Source of the DNA: the human T2T-CHM13v2.0 reference genome, Homo sapiens
Assembly: GCF_009914755.1 (NCBI RefSeq)
Contig: NC_060935.1
Reading direction: 5' to 3' (one strand)
DNA length: 64,000 nucleotides
Part shown: positions 1-18,830 of the stretch, one piece after another
Layout: every line of letters starts with the position of its first letter
Numbering within the stretch: the first letter of the stretch is position 1
Position numbers and translations under genes: made by a program
Notes under the pieces: generated by a model
What the model saw: the letters and a program-made list of their open reading frames with translations, nothing else
Told to the model about the DNA's origin: nothing
The model's database searches: none

Positions 1-3431
<3,431 letters not shown>

Positions 3432-3499
3432 GAGTTTTTTAATGTAAGTACTTCCATGAAATAAATCCCAAATGTGACATTTAGGTTTCTCCAATACAA

Positions 3500-3505
3500 T
3501 TTATT
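3500..3505 (-). terminator. Candidate distal poly(A) signal AATAAA
   Basis: TTTATT on the + strand, just before the downstream Alu block; U/GU-rich sequence follows on the minus strand. Confidence 0.5.
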
Positions 3506-4012
3506 ATTATTACATTTTAGCTTGCATTTACTAAGTGTCGTGGAAATATTATACTCAAAATAACAGAGCTCCAGAGAAAGACAGTTAACTAAGAAAGAAC
3601 AGTTTCACTTTCTTAGCTTGTCAACTCCTAGTTAGCCTGCTTGCCTCCGCACCACAGATGCTTGTCTTCTTGTGGTTGTTACCACAAGCCAAAGCTTGAA
3701 TTTACATGGGCATCAGGCCAAGTCTGTAAATCCGTGAAGACAGGCCATCAACTGCATTGAGGGTACAGCCTTGCTGAAGGGTCCTTTCTTGACAGTCAAT
3801 GATGATGAATCTGGAAAAACTGTCTATTCTCTTAGGAGAAGAAAATATACCCCACCTAAAGTCGCAGCTACCATTAACAAAAAAAAAAATTAGCAAAGGG
3901 AAAGAATCAATGGTAAGGACAGTAAATATACTCTGAGAATAGAGTAAGTACAATTTACACACGCTGGAGTAAATAGTGAAGCTTCTACTGAGTTCTACTG
4001 AGTCTAAGCTCT

Positions 4013-4018
4013 TTTATT
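4013..4018 (-). terminator. Candidate poly(A) signal AATAAA
   Basis: TTTATT on the + strand in the 3' UTR region. Confidence 0.45.
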
Positions 4019-4921
4019 TTTAAAATTCTGATAAAAATTTACTCAATTACATTTTATACATTAATATTTAGTGAATTTGTCCAAAAAGGCTATGTTTAAT
4101 TTATGTGTAAAAATAACAAAAGATGTATCAGTCAGTCTCTGGGCAATAAGAAAGGAAGAAAGCCTTGCTAGAAATAATAAATAATCTCACGCAAAAGGCC
4201 AGGTGACATAAGAATACTACAATAATCAATATGTTTTCTTTGTATTTACAATAAAATCCATCTGTTAACACTGTGATAGAAAAAATAATCAGTCCACATC
4301 ATGTAATAAAAACAGGCTTTGAGGATGATTATACCTCTTATAATAAAAACATACAAGGATTTCTCACAGCTAAAGTACTTTTCAACTTTGACAACTAATG
4401 ACAGTCATGGGTGAAGGTAAAACTGACAGAGTACTTTAGATCAGCTATGTCCTACAGTCAAGGAATCAAGGGCATTACCCATTTACCAAGCAGCAAAAAG
4501 CACTTTCATTTTTCCAGAACTATTTAAATACAGTAGTTGCCATGTGATCAGTTAATTTTACTTTGTGAGTTAGATAAAGTAAAGACTAAATTGGGAAACT
4601 GCAATAAGTAATCAAAAGTAGCTCCAAACAACAAAGCCATCAATAGAAACAAAAGGCATTTTTCTAGGTGTATCATGCATAAAAAGAATAATTACATAAT
4701 ATTATTAAATATATTCCTTAATGACCAGATTAATAAATGAGGTAAAATTTAGTCATTGGAACAAATAAACTATATTTAATCACTTGTGTTTTGCTGTCAC
4801 TGTTTAAAATAATTAACTTAATGTCTAAAAACTACATACTCTTGAATGTTTGCTTTTTAGAGCCCCTTGTGGGATATTAAAGAGCCATAACAAATTATCT
4901 GAATATAAATTATCAATACCA

Positions 4922-5219
4922 GGCTGGGCACAGTGGCTCATGCCTGTAATCCCAGCACTTTGGGAGGTGGAAGTGGGCATATAGCCTGAGGTCAGGAGTT
5001 CAAGACCAGCCCGGCCAACATGGTGAAACCCCGTCTCTACTAAAAACACAAAAATTAGCTGGGCACGGTGGCACACACCTGTAATCCCAGCTACTCAGGA
5101 GGCTGGGCCAGGAGAATCGCTTGAACCCAGGAGGCGGAGTTTGCAGTGAGCCGAGATCACACCACGCACTCCACTCCAGCCTGGGCAACAGCAAGACTCC
5201 GTCTCAAAAAAAAAAAAAA
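4922..5219 (+). mobile_element. AluS in the TMEM41B 3' UTR (antisense in the mRNA)
   Basis: Full dimer with A tail; TSD AAATTATCAATACCA on both sides. Confidence 0.95.
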
Positions 5220-5476
5220 TTATCAATACCAAATATGATACAGTTATGTAATACCCATTTTGCATATGCACAGTGGAAATACTGTAAAAACTACAAGATG
5301 AAAGAAAACCGACTGGCCAGAACTTTAAATTTCAGACTAATCCATGATAAAAATCTAGATGATAAAAAACAAAAATAAAATTAACAAAATAGATAACTTG
5401 ATATCCTTTCCATATTCAGTCGTCTACTAACATGCCATCTCCAAACAAATCCATTACCTCAAAAGAGGAAGAAAAT

Positions 5477-5824
<348 letters not shown>

Positions 5825-6248
5825 TTATGCTCTGAAAAAAGCCTAACATTAACAAAACCTGCAACACTACTTTAAAAAATCTAGAATTTAAAAATATCTA
5901 TTTTAGTTATTAAAGATAAAAAATATTCAATTAAATTGAATGAATTAGCTGGATCAACAATTTCCTACCACACTACTATTATCTACAGCTACCCTTGGTA
6001 TAATAATTTATAAGATGTCTAAGATGTCTACCTTAACTATTGATAGCACTTTTCACAGTATACCAATTTCCATTTTTACTTTCTTCTCCCCTTGTCACTT
6101 AAATGTATTACTTTAACTATCTGATAGGAAATTTTATTTTACAAATTCCTTGTTTAATTACTGAAGAGGTGATTTTAAAACATAAATGGATGCACCTGTT
6201 AATCCTGAGATGGTGATGACAGCAAAACTAAAAATCAGATGATTATTT

Positions 6249-6418
6249 TTACTCAAATTTCTGCTTTAGTTTTTTTTGGAAGATGGCTGGCAGAATAGAA
6301 AGAACAGCCAAGATCATCAGAATAAATATTGAGTTCCAGGAAACAGCTTCTCCTGCTGTTGTAAGTTGATACAGTGTTGTTCCTGCCTTAATGGCTACAA
6401 AAGAAGGAGGTGCGACAC
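6249..6418 (-). CDS. TMEM41B: TMEM41B last coding exon (170 nt; GVAPPSFVAIKAG...KKLKQKFE*)
   Basis: Acceptor TTTTATTTCAG|; stop TAA at 6251-6249. Exon lengths 121+118+129+94+105+139+170 = 876 nt = 291 aa + stop. Confidence 0.97.
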
Positions 6419-6542
6419 CTGAAATAAAATATAAAAAGATACAGTAAAAACCACCGCAATTGTTTTTAAAAAATTAAAATGTTCTGTGTGCATAAAGTTT
6501 CTTAAAACAACACAGCTATTTCCATTTTGGAAAAAAAATTAA

Positions 6543-6912
<370 letters not shown>

Positions 6913-7229
6913 TAATGAATTTTAAAAACCCAAGAAAAGGGCCCAGAAAATAGTTTTACATTTATCAAAAATGCTTTTGTTTTCTCCCCCCGAGAGTTTG
7001 ACTCTATCGCACAGGCTTGAGTGCAGTGGTGCAATCATCACTCATTGCAGCCTCAGTCTCTCGAGGCTCAGGTGATTGTCCCACCTCAGCTTTCTGAGCA
7101 GCTGGGACTACAGGCGTGTACCACCACACCCAGGCAAAATTTTTGAATTTTTTGTCAAGAGAAGGGGTTTTGCCATATTGCCCAGGCTGGTCTCTGTAAC
7201 TCCCAGGCTCAGGCAATTCACACGCCTCA

Positions 7230-7718
<489 letters not shown>

Positions 7719-8585
7719 TCAAAACAAAGGGAAATAAATTACTTTGGCCAAAGCTGAAATTAACTAAATCTCTGGCTTTCACCTATAAAATGGAGATAGA
7801 AACAAAAATTCTCTCTTTAGATTCCATGGATATGACATTTAACAAAATTAAAAATTCCCCATGCTGATGTAAGTTTGTCCATTTTTTTTTCTTTTCTTTT
7901 CATTCTTTCCTTCTTTCTTTTTTTTTTTTTTTTGAGACAGTGTCTTGCTGTCGCCCAGGCCGGAGTGCAGTGGCACAATCTCGGTTCACTGCAACCTCTG
8001 CCTCCTGGGTTCAAGTGATTCTCCTGCCTCAGCCTCCTGAGTAGCTGAGACTACAGGCACCTGCCACCACATTCAGCTAATTTTTGAATTTTTAGTAGAG
8101 ACAGGGTTTTACCATATTGGCCAGGCTGGTCTCGAACCCTTGACCTTGTGATCCACCCGCCTTGGCCTACCAAAGTGCTGGGATTATAGGCGTGAACCAC
8201 CGCGCCCGGCTAATTTTTTTTTAAAGTAGCAATAAATAATTGATTTTGGTTATTCTTTTCAAAAAGACATATTCTCACAAGTATTAACTTAAGCTTTAAT
8301 AGGTATTCAATATGTAAGAAATCTGCTCGTATTTTTGACTTCTAAACAATTCAACTCGAACTGGAAAGAAGAGCAAAACATTCCTACAAAGAATCATGAG
8401 AATTCACAAAATATGTAAGTAATTTTCATGTCCACTGATTAATTTCAAAATCAAGTATTATTTCCTTAAAAGCAAGAAAGTTTGTTGATCCTTGCTTTTT
8501 CCATACTTTTGATAACATCCGCGATAAAAGCTGGTTTCAGTAAAAGGAAAAATAGGATCAATTCTCTACTGAAAATTCAAGTTCA

Positions 8586-9039
<454 letters not shown>

Positions 9040-9290
9040 TTAACCCTATATCATTAAAACGATATACAGTAGAAAGTGTTCTTCTTTAAAGAGGCGACAC
9101 AAAAATAACCTAAATCAACACAATTCAACAAACACTTCTGAGCATCTATTTATACAGCCAGGCTTTGTGCCCAAGAATTCTAGATGGTGCTGGCATAATC
9201 TGCAGAGAGCATGCATGTAATCTAGCCCAGCTGGACACTGTTAGATATGTACACAGTGAGCTCATACACAGCAAGAACCAGAGGGCTTAC

Positions 9291-9429
9291 CTAGAAAAGT
9301 ACCAATAAAAAAAACTTTCAATGGCACGTTTATCACAGGAGATGTGATATTAATAAACCAATTAGGCAGAAATGGTGTTATTCTCAAAAATATAATGTAG
9401 TTAATGAGATGTTCTCTATGACGTTCAAC
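9291..9429 (-). CDS. TMEM41B: TMEM41B coding exon 6 (139 nt; VERHREHLINYIIFLRITPFLPNWFINITSPVINVPLKVFFIGTFL)
   Basis: Acceptor ATGACAG|, donor CTAG|GTAAGC; contains the DedA/VTT R-x-x-P-x-x-P motif (RITPFLP). Confidence 0.97.
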
Positions 9430-9516
9430 CTGTCATAAGAAAGAAAAGAATTAGCATCAGATGAGGACAACTTCAAAATAAGTTGCTTAATATAAACACC
9501 TTATTTCAAATTCTCA

Positions 9517-9834
<318 letters not shown>

Positions 9835-9837
9835 TCA

Positions 9838-9993
<156 letters not shown>

Positions 9994-10537
9994 TTAGCCA
10001 GGCGTGGTGGCATGTACCTATAATCCCAGCTACTTGGGAGGCTGAGGCAGGCAGGAGAAATGCTTGAACCGAGGAGGCAGAGGTTGCAGTGAGCCGAGGT
10101 CATGCCACTGCACTCCAGCCTGGGTGACAGAGTAAGACTCCGTCTCAAAAAAAGAAAAGAAAAAAATGCACTGGGAGTTGGCTGATACAAGTGTTTCCAT
10201 AACAGATGCACACAATACTGCATTAACATAAAACAGATAGGTATCTAATTATGTGGATGCCTTTATATTCACACTGACTTCTCTGCTGATTAAATTTACT
10301 AAGATAAAGAATTAAAATTACCATCACAGGTCTGAAACATTTGTATTTGAAATTATTAACATTCATATTTGCCTACCACCCATTTTTATTTGGTCAGAAG
10401 ATAATTCTTATTACTTGAGTTAACTTAGGAATTAATTTATGTTGGGTTAATACATGTAGTTAATTCATGTAGGGACTAAACACAGACCTTCCAATTAACA
10501 AAGAGTTACATCAAATAATTTAAAAATACATGTTTAC

Positions 10538-10642
10538 CTGCTGTGACCATTTTACTGCTTTCTCTGTTAGGTATTTGTATACAACTGGTCTCCCAACTAA
10601 ATAGGAAAGCATATAACAGAAAGAGGCACCAAGTCCAGAACA
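10538..10642 (-). CDS. TMEM41B: TMEM41B coding exon 5 (105 nt; CSGLGASFCYMLSYLVGRPVVYKYLTEKAVKWSQQ)
   Basis: Acceptor TTTTCCAG|, donor CAG|GTAAAC, phase 0/0. Confidence 0.97.
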
Positions 10643-11277
10643 CTGGAAAACAAAAGAAGCCATAAGCGTTTTGTATTTTTCCGTCTTACTCACATTGATT
10701 TATTCACCTGAGTAAAAAGCTCAATTAATTTACTTCTTTCAGAGGTGGGGAGGGTACTCTGCATGACATCTCTTGTGCAGAGATGATCTAGTACTTTCTC
10801 AGACCAAAATGTACCTCAAATGAGATCAGCTAAAACAAACTGGCACTTGTGATTACACCTAGTGACTATATCCAAATAATTAATGCTAGGCTTTAGCCTA
10901 AGAATAAAATTTCAGGAGCCAATTTCCACCTCCCCCCGACCCTACCCCCGACCCCCCCAGTTCCTAAGCTTGAAAACACCACCTCTGGCTCTGGGACTTA
11001 ACTCATTGTGCTCACCAACACTCCTTGGACTGTCGCAGTTACAAAATCCAATAGGAAAGAAAAGCTAAAACATAGCTTATAAATGCAACTAAGTCTATAA
11101 TTGGTCTGTTCTGGGGGAAAAACAAATTATAACACCTCCTTGTGGAGGGACTTTAACATTAACTCCTCTTCAATTAATGAGTTTATGCTTACATAGACTA
11201 GTAGGGTTAAAGTATCATCATCATCCTCATCATTCTATTGTTTTTTCAGTCTCCCAATTTTATTTTTTCATACTTAC

Positions 11278-11371
11278 CAAACAAACAAGAAATAAGGCTA
11301 GTGGAAAGGGATAAAGAAACCCTGAGAGTATACTGAGAAATATAGAGCCTGGAATAGCAAATGTTTGCAAG
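11278..11371 (-). CDS. TMEM41B: TMEM41B coding exon 4 (94 nt; LQTFAIPGSIFLSILSGFLYPFPLALFLVCL)
   Basis: U12 branch site then ACCAG| acceptor; donor TTG|GTAAGT; overlaps ORF 11260..11460; VTT/DedA-type F-x-I-P-G motif. Confidence 0.97.
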
Positions 11372-11839
11372 CTGGTAACTTTTAAGTTAAGGATTAGAAT
11401 ATAATTAAGTAGAATTTTAAAAGACAAATGTAACATTTCAGGAAAAAAGTATAAATACAAAAATTATCATACAATGAGATTATATCCAAAGGTCTAGCCT
11501 CTAAGTTGACCATTTACTAAACAGTATCATAAATACTAGTAAGTGTGTGCTACTAAAAGGTTTCCAAGACAAAAAACCGTATGTTCTAGATAGAGAGGAA
11601 CCGGGCACTTTGGGGGAGGAACAAAAGAAAAAAGAAAAGGTCTTCCGTAATCTTTTAGTGCTTCTCTAATACATTTTATTTTACTCCCAAATGTTTTCAG
11701 GGAAATCATGTACATACAATTATTTCTAATTTAACTATGAAGGTTTACCTAAATTCACTACTCATTTTAAAGGAATAGGAACTACAAGAGAATAAAAGAA
11801 AATAAGAAAAATAAGAATAGAAATTACAAAATATAGTAA

Positions 11840-12031
<192 letters not shown>

Positions 12032-12873
12032 TGAGTTGCCCAGGCTAGTCTTGAACTCCTGGGCTCAAACGATCCTCCCACAATGGACTCCCAAAGTGTT
12101 GAGGTTACAGATATGAGCGACTACACCCGGGCCACAAATCTTGTTTTTAAAATAGATTTTTTTTTTTTTTACTTTCCTGTCGTTCCCAGTTTGGATCTGA
12201 ACCTTTTTCCCCTCTAATATGATTTACTCACAAGTCAAAGTGAATTCCCTCAACATCTCTCCATCTATCCTCACTCATTAACTATTCCTTTTTCTCTAGT
12301 TCCCATTTTACTCATGTTCTCATTTCAATCTCCTCCTCCTTCCTCCTGGGTTTTTTCACCTTCAACTCTGTTCTCTTTCACAGGATGCCTCCTCTACAAA
12401 ACTACTCAGTTGTCTATAACTTAAAAAACAACCTCAACCAGGGTATCCTATCCAGCTACCGCTCATCTTCACTTCCTCAGAGGAGATTCTCTCCTCGTTC
12501 CCTGTGACCTGCTTTACTATTCCACTATGCTATTGAAACTTCCTCACAGCCAATAATAACTTTTTCTCAATAGTCACCTTTCAGTGATCCCTGCATAGGA
12601 TTAGACTTCATCCTGCATGAAACATGGCTTCAGTGAACTGTACTTTTTCTTCTACATTACAGGTAATTTCTTCTCTAGATTTTTCTCTTTGCCCTCAACT
12701 CTTGAAATTTCTCTAACATTCTGTTGGCCACACAATCCCTTTTCTTTGATAAATTTGGCAATTTCCATGGCTTCAAGTATCAACCACATATAGTACTAAA
12801 AACTCGAAATTCTCTTTGGTTCATCAGCCTCAAATTTTCCACCTGTCTCCTACATGTCTCTGTCAAAAACAAA

Positions 12874-12907
12874 ACACACACACACACACACACACAAACA
12901 CACACAC
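12874..12907. repeat. Interrupted (CA)n microsatellite in intron 3
   Basis: Direct reading. Confidence 0.9.
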
Positions 12908-13269
12908 TTTTTGGGTTAAGATTGTACTATATGGACCGGGTGGGGTGGCTCATGCCTGTAATCCCAGCACTTAGGGAGTCTGAGGCAGGCGGATCACAAA
13001 GTCAGGAGATCGAGACCATCCTGGCCAACATGGTGAAACCGTCTCTACTAAAATACAAAAAACTAGCCGGGCGTGGTGGTGGGCACCTGTAGTCCCAGCT
13101 ACTCGGGAAGCCAAGGCAGGGGAATCGCTTGAACCCAGGAAGCAGGAGATTGCAGTGAGCCGAGATCTCGCCACTGCAAGCCAGCCTGGCAACAGAGCGA
13201 GACTCCATCTCAAAAACAAAACAAAACAAAACATCATATTATGGATAGTTTCACACATATATAAATGTA

Positions 13270-13410
13270 GAAATACTCAATGTAAATGACAAGTTGATGG
13301 GTACAGCAAACCAACGTGGCACACATATACGTATGTAACAAACCTGCACGCTGTGCACATGTACCCCAGAACTTAAAGTATAATAATAAAAAAAAAAAAG
13401 AAAGAAAAGA
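13270..13410 (+). mobile_element. 5'-truncated L1PA 3' end with A tail
   Basis: ...ATGTAACAAACCTGCACGCTGTGCACATGTACCCCAGAACTTAAAGTATAATAATAAAAAA. Confidence 0.9.
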
Positions 13411-14084
13411 AAGCAAGACTCCAAAGGATGAAAGGAGATAAATGGAAATTTTCCCTTGAGGAAATTGAGAGAAGCAGAAATAAATGAGGACAAGTTCCCA
13501 GGAAGTGTTTTGTTGTTTTTGTTGTTTAATGCAACTGTATTTTTTCCTTTCCCAAAATTTGGTGCAATTCCTACTTCTCTGAAAAGGAAACCTAAAATTA
13601 CAGCTGAAATTGGGGAAAAAAAAACAAAGTAGAGAAACTAGTGTTATGATGCCCTATATTAACATATTTCAGGCTGGGCACCGTGGCTCCCGCCTGTAAT
13701 CCCAATACTTTAGGCAGCTGAGGGTGGATCACTTGAGACTAGGAGTTGAAGAACAGCCTGGCCAACACGATGAAACCCTGTCTTTAATAAAAATACAAAA
13801 ATTGGCCAGTCACAGTGGCTCATGCCTGTAATGCCAGGTACTCAGGAGGCTGGGAAACGAGAATCTCTTGAACCCAGAGGGCAGACGTTGTAGTGAGCCG
13901 AGATCATGCCACTGACCTCTGGCCTGGGAAATAGAGTGAGACTCTGTCTCAAAAAAAATAAAAATAAAAATAAGGCTGGGCGCGGTGGCTCATACCTGTA
14001 AATCCCAACACTTTGGGAGGCCAAGGCAGGTGGATCATGAGGTCAGGAGTTCAAAGAATACAAAAAATTAGCCGGGCGCAGTGA

Positions 14085-14471
<387 letters not shown>

Positions 14472-15639
14472 TGATCCACCCCGCTTGGCCTCCCAAAGTG
14501 CTGGGATTACAGGTGTGGCCACCACGCCCGGCCAATTCCTTTTTTTTTCCTTTCGTTTTTGTGGTAGGAGTCTCGCTCTGTCGTCCAGGCTGGAGGGCAG
14601 TGGCGTGATCTCAGCTCACTGCATTCTCCGCATCCCAGGTTCAAGCAATTCTCTGCCTCAGCCTCCCAAGTAGTTGGAATCACAGACGCCTGCCACCATA
14701 ACTGGCTAATTTTTGTATTTTTAGTAGAGACAGGGTTTCACCATCTTGGTCAGGTTGGTCTTGAACTCCAGACCTCGTGATCCACCTGCCTCGGCCTCCC
14801 AAAGTACTGGAATTATAGGTGTTAGCCACCGTGCCTGGCCTCCTTTTCTTTTTAACATAAATATGATACCATTGTCAGACTTCAAGAAATTAACTATAAT
14901 TCCTTATTGTCCTAAAGACTAGTCTGATCAGAATCTAGAAGTCCACACAAAGTATTTGCTCAAAGGATCACTTAAGCATAGGGTCTTTATTTTTTCTTTC
15001 TTTCAATTTACTGAAGAAACCAGATCATTTGTAGAATTTACCATTTATTGAATTTTGCCTATTGGATACTTAGGGTAGTTTATGTTCTATCCTTTATCTT
15101 ATACTAGTAGTCAAAACTATGCTTCCTTTTAAATGGGAATGTGACTTGAGCTTAACTTTGTTTAGATTTCTCTTCTCTTACACTGAAAAATCTTGGTTCT
15201 TGATAACACCAACATAGTTGCCTATTTGTGCTTTATATACTATGAAACATAAAGTAAATGTATAAAATATATACTATGCATTAGTATTAATAATCTAAAA
15301 CGTTTCCACATATTTAAATATTTTACAACATTATTACTACTAACAATATGATGACTAAAAACAGTTTTAAGATTTTTGGCTAGGCCTGGTGACTCACACC
15401 TGTAATCCCAGCACCTTGGGAGGCTGAGGTGGGAGGATCACTTGAGCCCAAGAGTTCCAGTTCGAGACCAGCCTGGGCAACATGATGAAATCCCATCGCT
15501 ACAAAAAAATACATGAAGAGACGGGATTTCTTCATGTTGGTCAGGCTGGTCTTGAACTCCCAAACTCAGGTGATCAGCCTGCCTCAGTCTCCCAAAGTGC
15601 TGGGATTATAGGTGTGAGCCACCACACCCGGCCCTGATA

Positions 15640-15795
15640 ATACTATTCTTAATTTTTGAGGAACTGCCATACTATTTTCCATAGTAGCTGCATCATTTTG
15701 CATTCCCACCAACAGTGCTCAAGAGTTCCAATTTCTCCACATCCTTGCCAACACTTGTTATTTTCATGATAGCCATCCTAATGAGTGTGAGGTTG
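15640..15795 (-). mobile_element. Old L1 fragment
   Basis: TTTTGAGGAACTGCCATACT...CATTCCCACCAACAGTG...CCACATCCTTGCCAACACTTG, the antisense of L1 sequence near the end of ORF2. Confidence 0.8.
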
Positions 15796-16262
15796 CTTTT
15801 GATTCTTAAGATTCCTGCTATTCTCTTTTTTCATTTTGATTTTGTAATTATGTAAAACATTTACTTGGTTCTAAAGTCAAACCTACGCTAAGAAAAGTTT
15901 CAGTCCTACCATTTTATCTCTCTCCCTACAGGTAAACATTTTTACTGGTTTATTTATTTGAGATACAGTCTCACTGTCACCTAGGCTGGAGTGCAGAGGC
16001 TAAATGCTTCGCTGTAGCCTCAACTTCCCTGGGCTCAGGTGATCTTCCCACCTCAGCCTCCCAAGTAGCTAGGACTACAGGCATGTACCAAGACATCCAG
16101 CTAATTTTTGTATTTCTCGTAGAAACTGGGTCTAGCTACATTGCCCAAGCCAGTCTCGAACCACTGGCCTCACGCAATCCTCCTGCTGAAGCCTCCCAAA
16201 GTGCTGGGATTACAGGAATGAGCCACTACACCCGGCCAATTAGTTTTTTAAGAAAAATATAA

Positions 16263-16544
<282 letters not shown>

Positions 16545-16879
16545 TAGTTGGGATTACAGGCATGCAATCACCACGCCCAGCTAATTTTTGTATTTTTAGT
16601 AAAGATGGCGTTTCACTATGTTGGCCAGGCTGGTCTGAACCCCTGACCTCACGTGATTCACCCGCCTCGGGCTCCCAAAGTGCTGGTGTTGCAGGCATGA
16701 GCCACCATACCTGGCTACTTCTGATTCTTTTTAAATAGCTATATAATATCCCAGTGTTGTCAGGCGTGGCGGCTCATGACTGAAATCCCAGCACTTTGGG
16801 AGGCTGAGGAGCTCAGGAGTTCAACACCAGCCCAGACAACATAGCAAAACCTGGCATCTACAAATAAATCCCAAATTTA

Positions 16880-17105
<226 letters not shown>

Positions 17106-18072
17106 TCAGGGGTTCCAGACGACCCTGGCCAACATGGTGAAACTCCGTCTCTACTGAAAATACAAAAATTAACCAAGTATGGCGGCAGGCGCCTGCAATC
17201 CCAGCTACTTGGGAGGCTGAGACTGGAGAATCGCTTGAACCTAGGAGGTGGAGGTTGCAGTGACCAGAGATTGTGCCTCCAGCCTGTGTAACAAGAGCAA
17301 AACTCCATCTCAAAAAAAAGTTGGTTTAAAAAGGATGATTACTTTTACAACATCAAGAAGTAAATTACGTCTTTCATTAACTGAGAAGATCTGGAAAACA
17401 GTTTGGATAAGAATAAAAGATATTAACAAATCAGAAATGAAAATTAAACTCCACAATATGCAAAATTAAGCACCCACAGCTAAGCAGTTTGAAATAAAGC
17501 TATTTTCCTGACTAGTTAAAATGTAATATATTTCTATAAAATATATATCAAAAATTGTAAAAAACATTCATTCCTTTGAATAAGTATCTTAAGAATTTTT
17601 ACAAAAGAAACAATGCAAGAAAAAAACATGAACAAAGGAGATTCATAATACATATCTATAAAAATTAACAACAAATTATACCTCCAAACCTAACAGAACA
17701 ATTATAAAAATACTATGGTGACTACTAATTCAAAATAATTATATAAACTAGTATCATCAGTTAATGAATACAATTATAAATCAAACCCATAAAATAAACA
17801 TCTTAATAATATGCAATAAAGGAAAATGTTTGGTAAGTGAAAAAAGCAGAATACAAAAGAACTTCTAATAAATATTCAGACATAAAAACAATTAGTTCAG
17901 CAAATAGGATTAAAGTGATAATTTTTTTCCATTTTAATTTTTCAATTATTTAATATTGTCACACTGCAATAACAAATTTTAAAAGGAAAATAGTTACGTA
18001 TAAATGAAGAGCAGACCTTTTACACTTTTTCTTGAACAAAATTAGAAAACATTTTTTCAGTTAAAAGGATAC

Positions 18073-18201
18073 AAAATATATGTAGCAAAATAAGCTACAA
18101 GTACTTGAACATAAAAGGTGTCCTTGTATTTGGATAAAACTTTTCCTAGAGCCTTGGCATCATCCATATCTCTGGGAACCTTCATATTCACTCTTTCTTC
18201 T
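18073..18201 (-). CDS. TMEM41B: TMEM41B coding exon 3 (129 nt; EERVNMKVPRDMDDAKALGKVLSKYKDTFYVQVLVAYFATYIF)
   Basis: Acceptor TTTCTTTAG|; ends at the U12-type donor |GTATCCTTTT; frame consistent. Confidence 0.97.
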
Positions 18202-18373
18202 CTAAAGAAATAAAGTGAAAAATTTTAGAACAGAATTTTGCCAAGATAATATCAAAGTCAAGTTCACAACATGAAGTTTTATCCAAAATGATTTCATGCC
18301 TTGATCTATTAAGTCTAAATTAGCAATGTTTAAGTTTAAAAGTTTATAATTTTTCTTTTGTTTTGAGACATAG

Positions 18374-18472
<99 letters not shown>

Positions 18473-18692
18473 TGAGAAGCTGGGATCACAGGCGTGCACC
18501 ACCATGCCCAGCTAACTTTTGTATTTTTAGTAGAGAGGGAGTTTCACCATGTTGCCAGGCTGGTCTCAAACTCCTGTGCTCAAATGATCCTCCTGCCTCG
18601 GCCTCCCAAAGTGCTGGGATTACAGGAGTGAGCAACCGCACCTGGCCTATAAATTATTATTAATTTCATTTTATTTTTATTATTTTTTTTGA

Positions 18693-18830
<138 letters not shown>

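Noticed and set aside
3702-3962. 86-aa ORF and an ATGATGA box-C-like motif in the 3' UTR region
   Set aside because: No recognisable protein and a non-ATG start; no suitably placed D box or terminal stem for a snoRNA.
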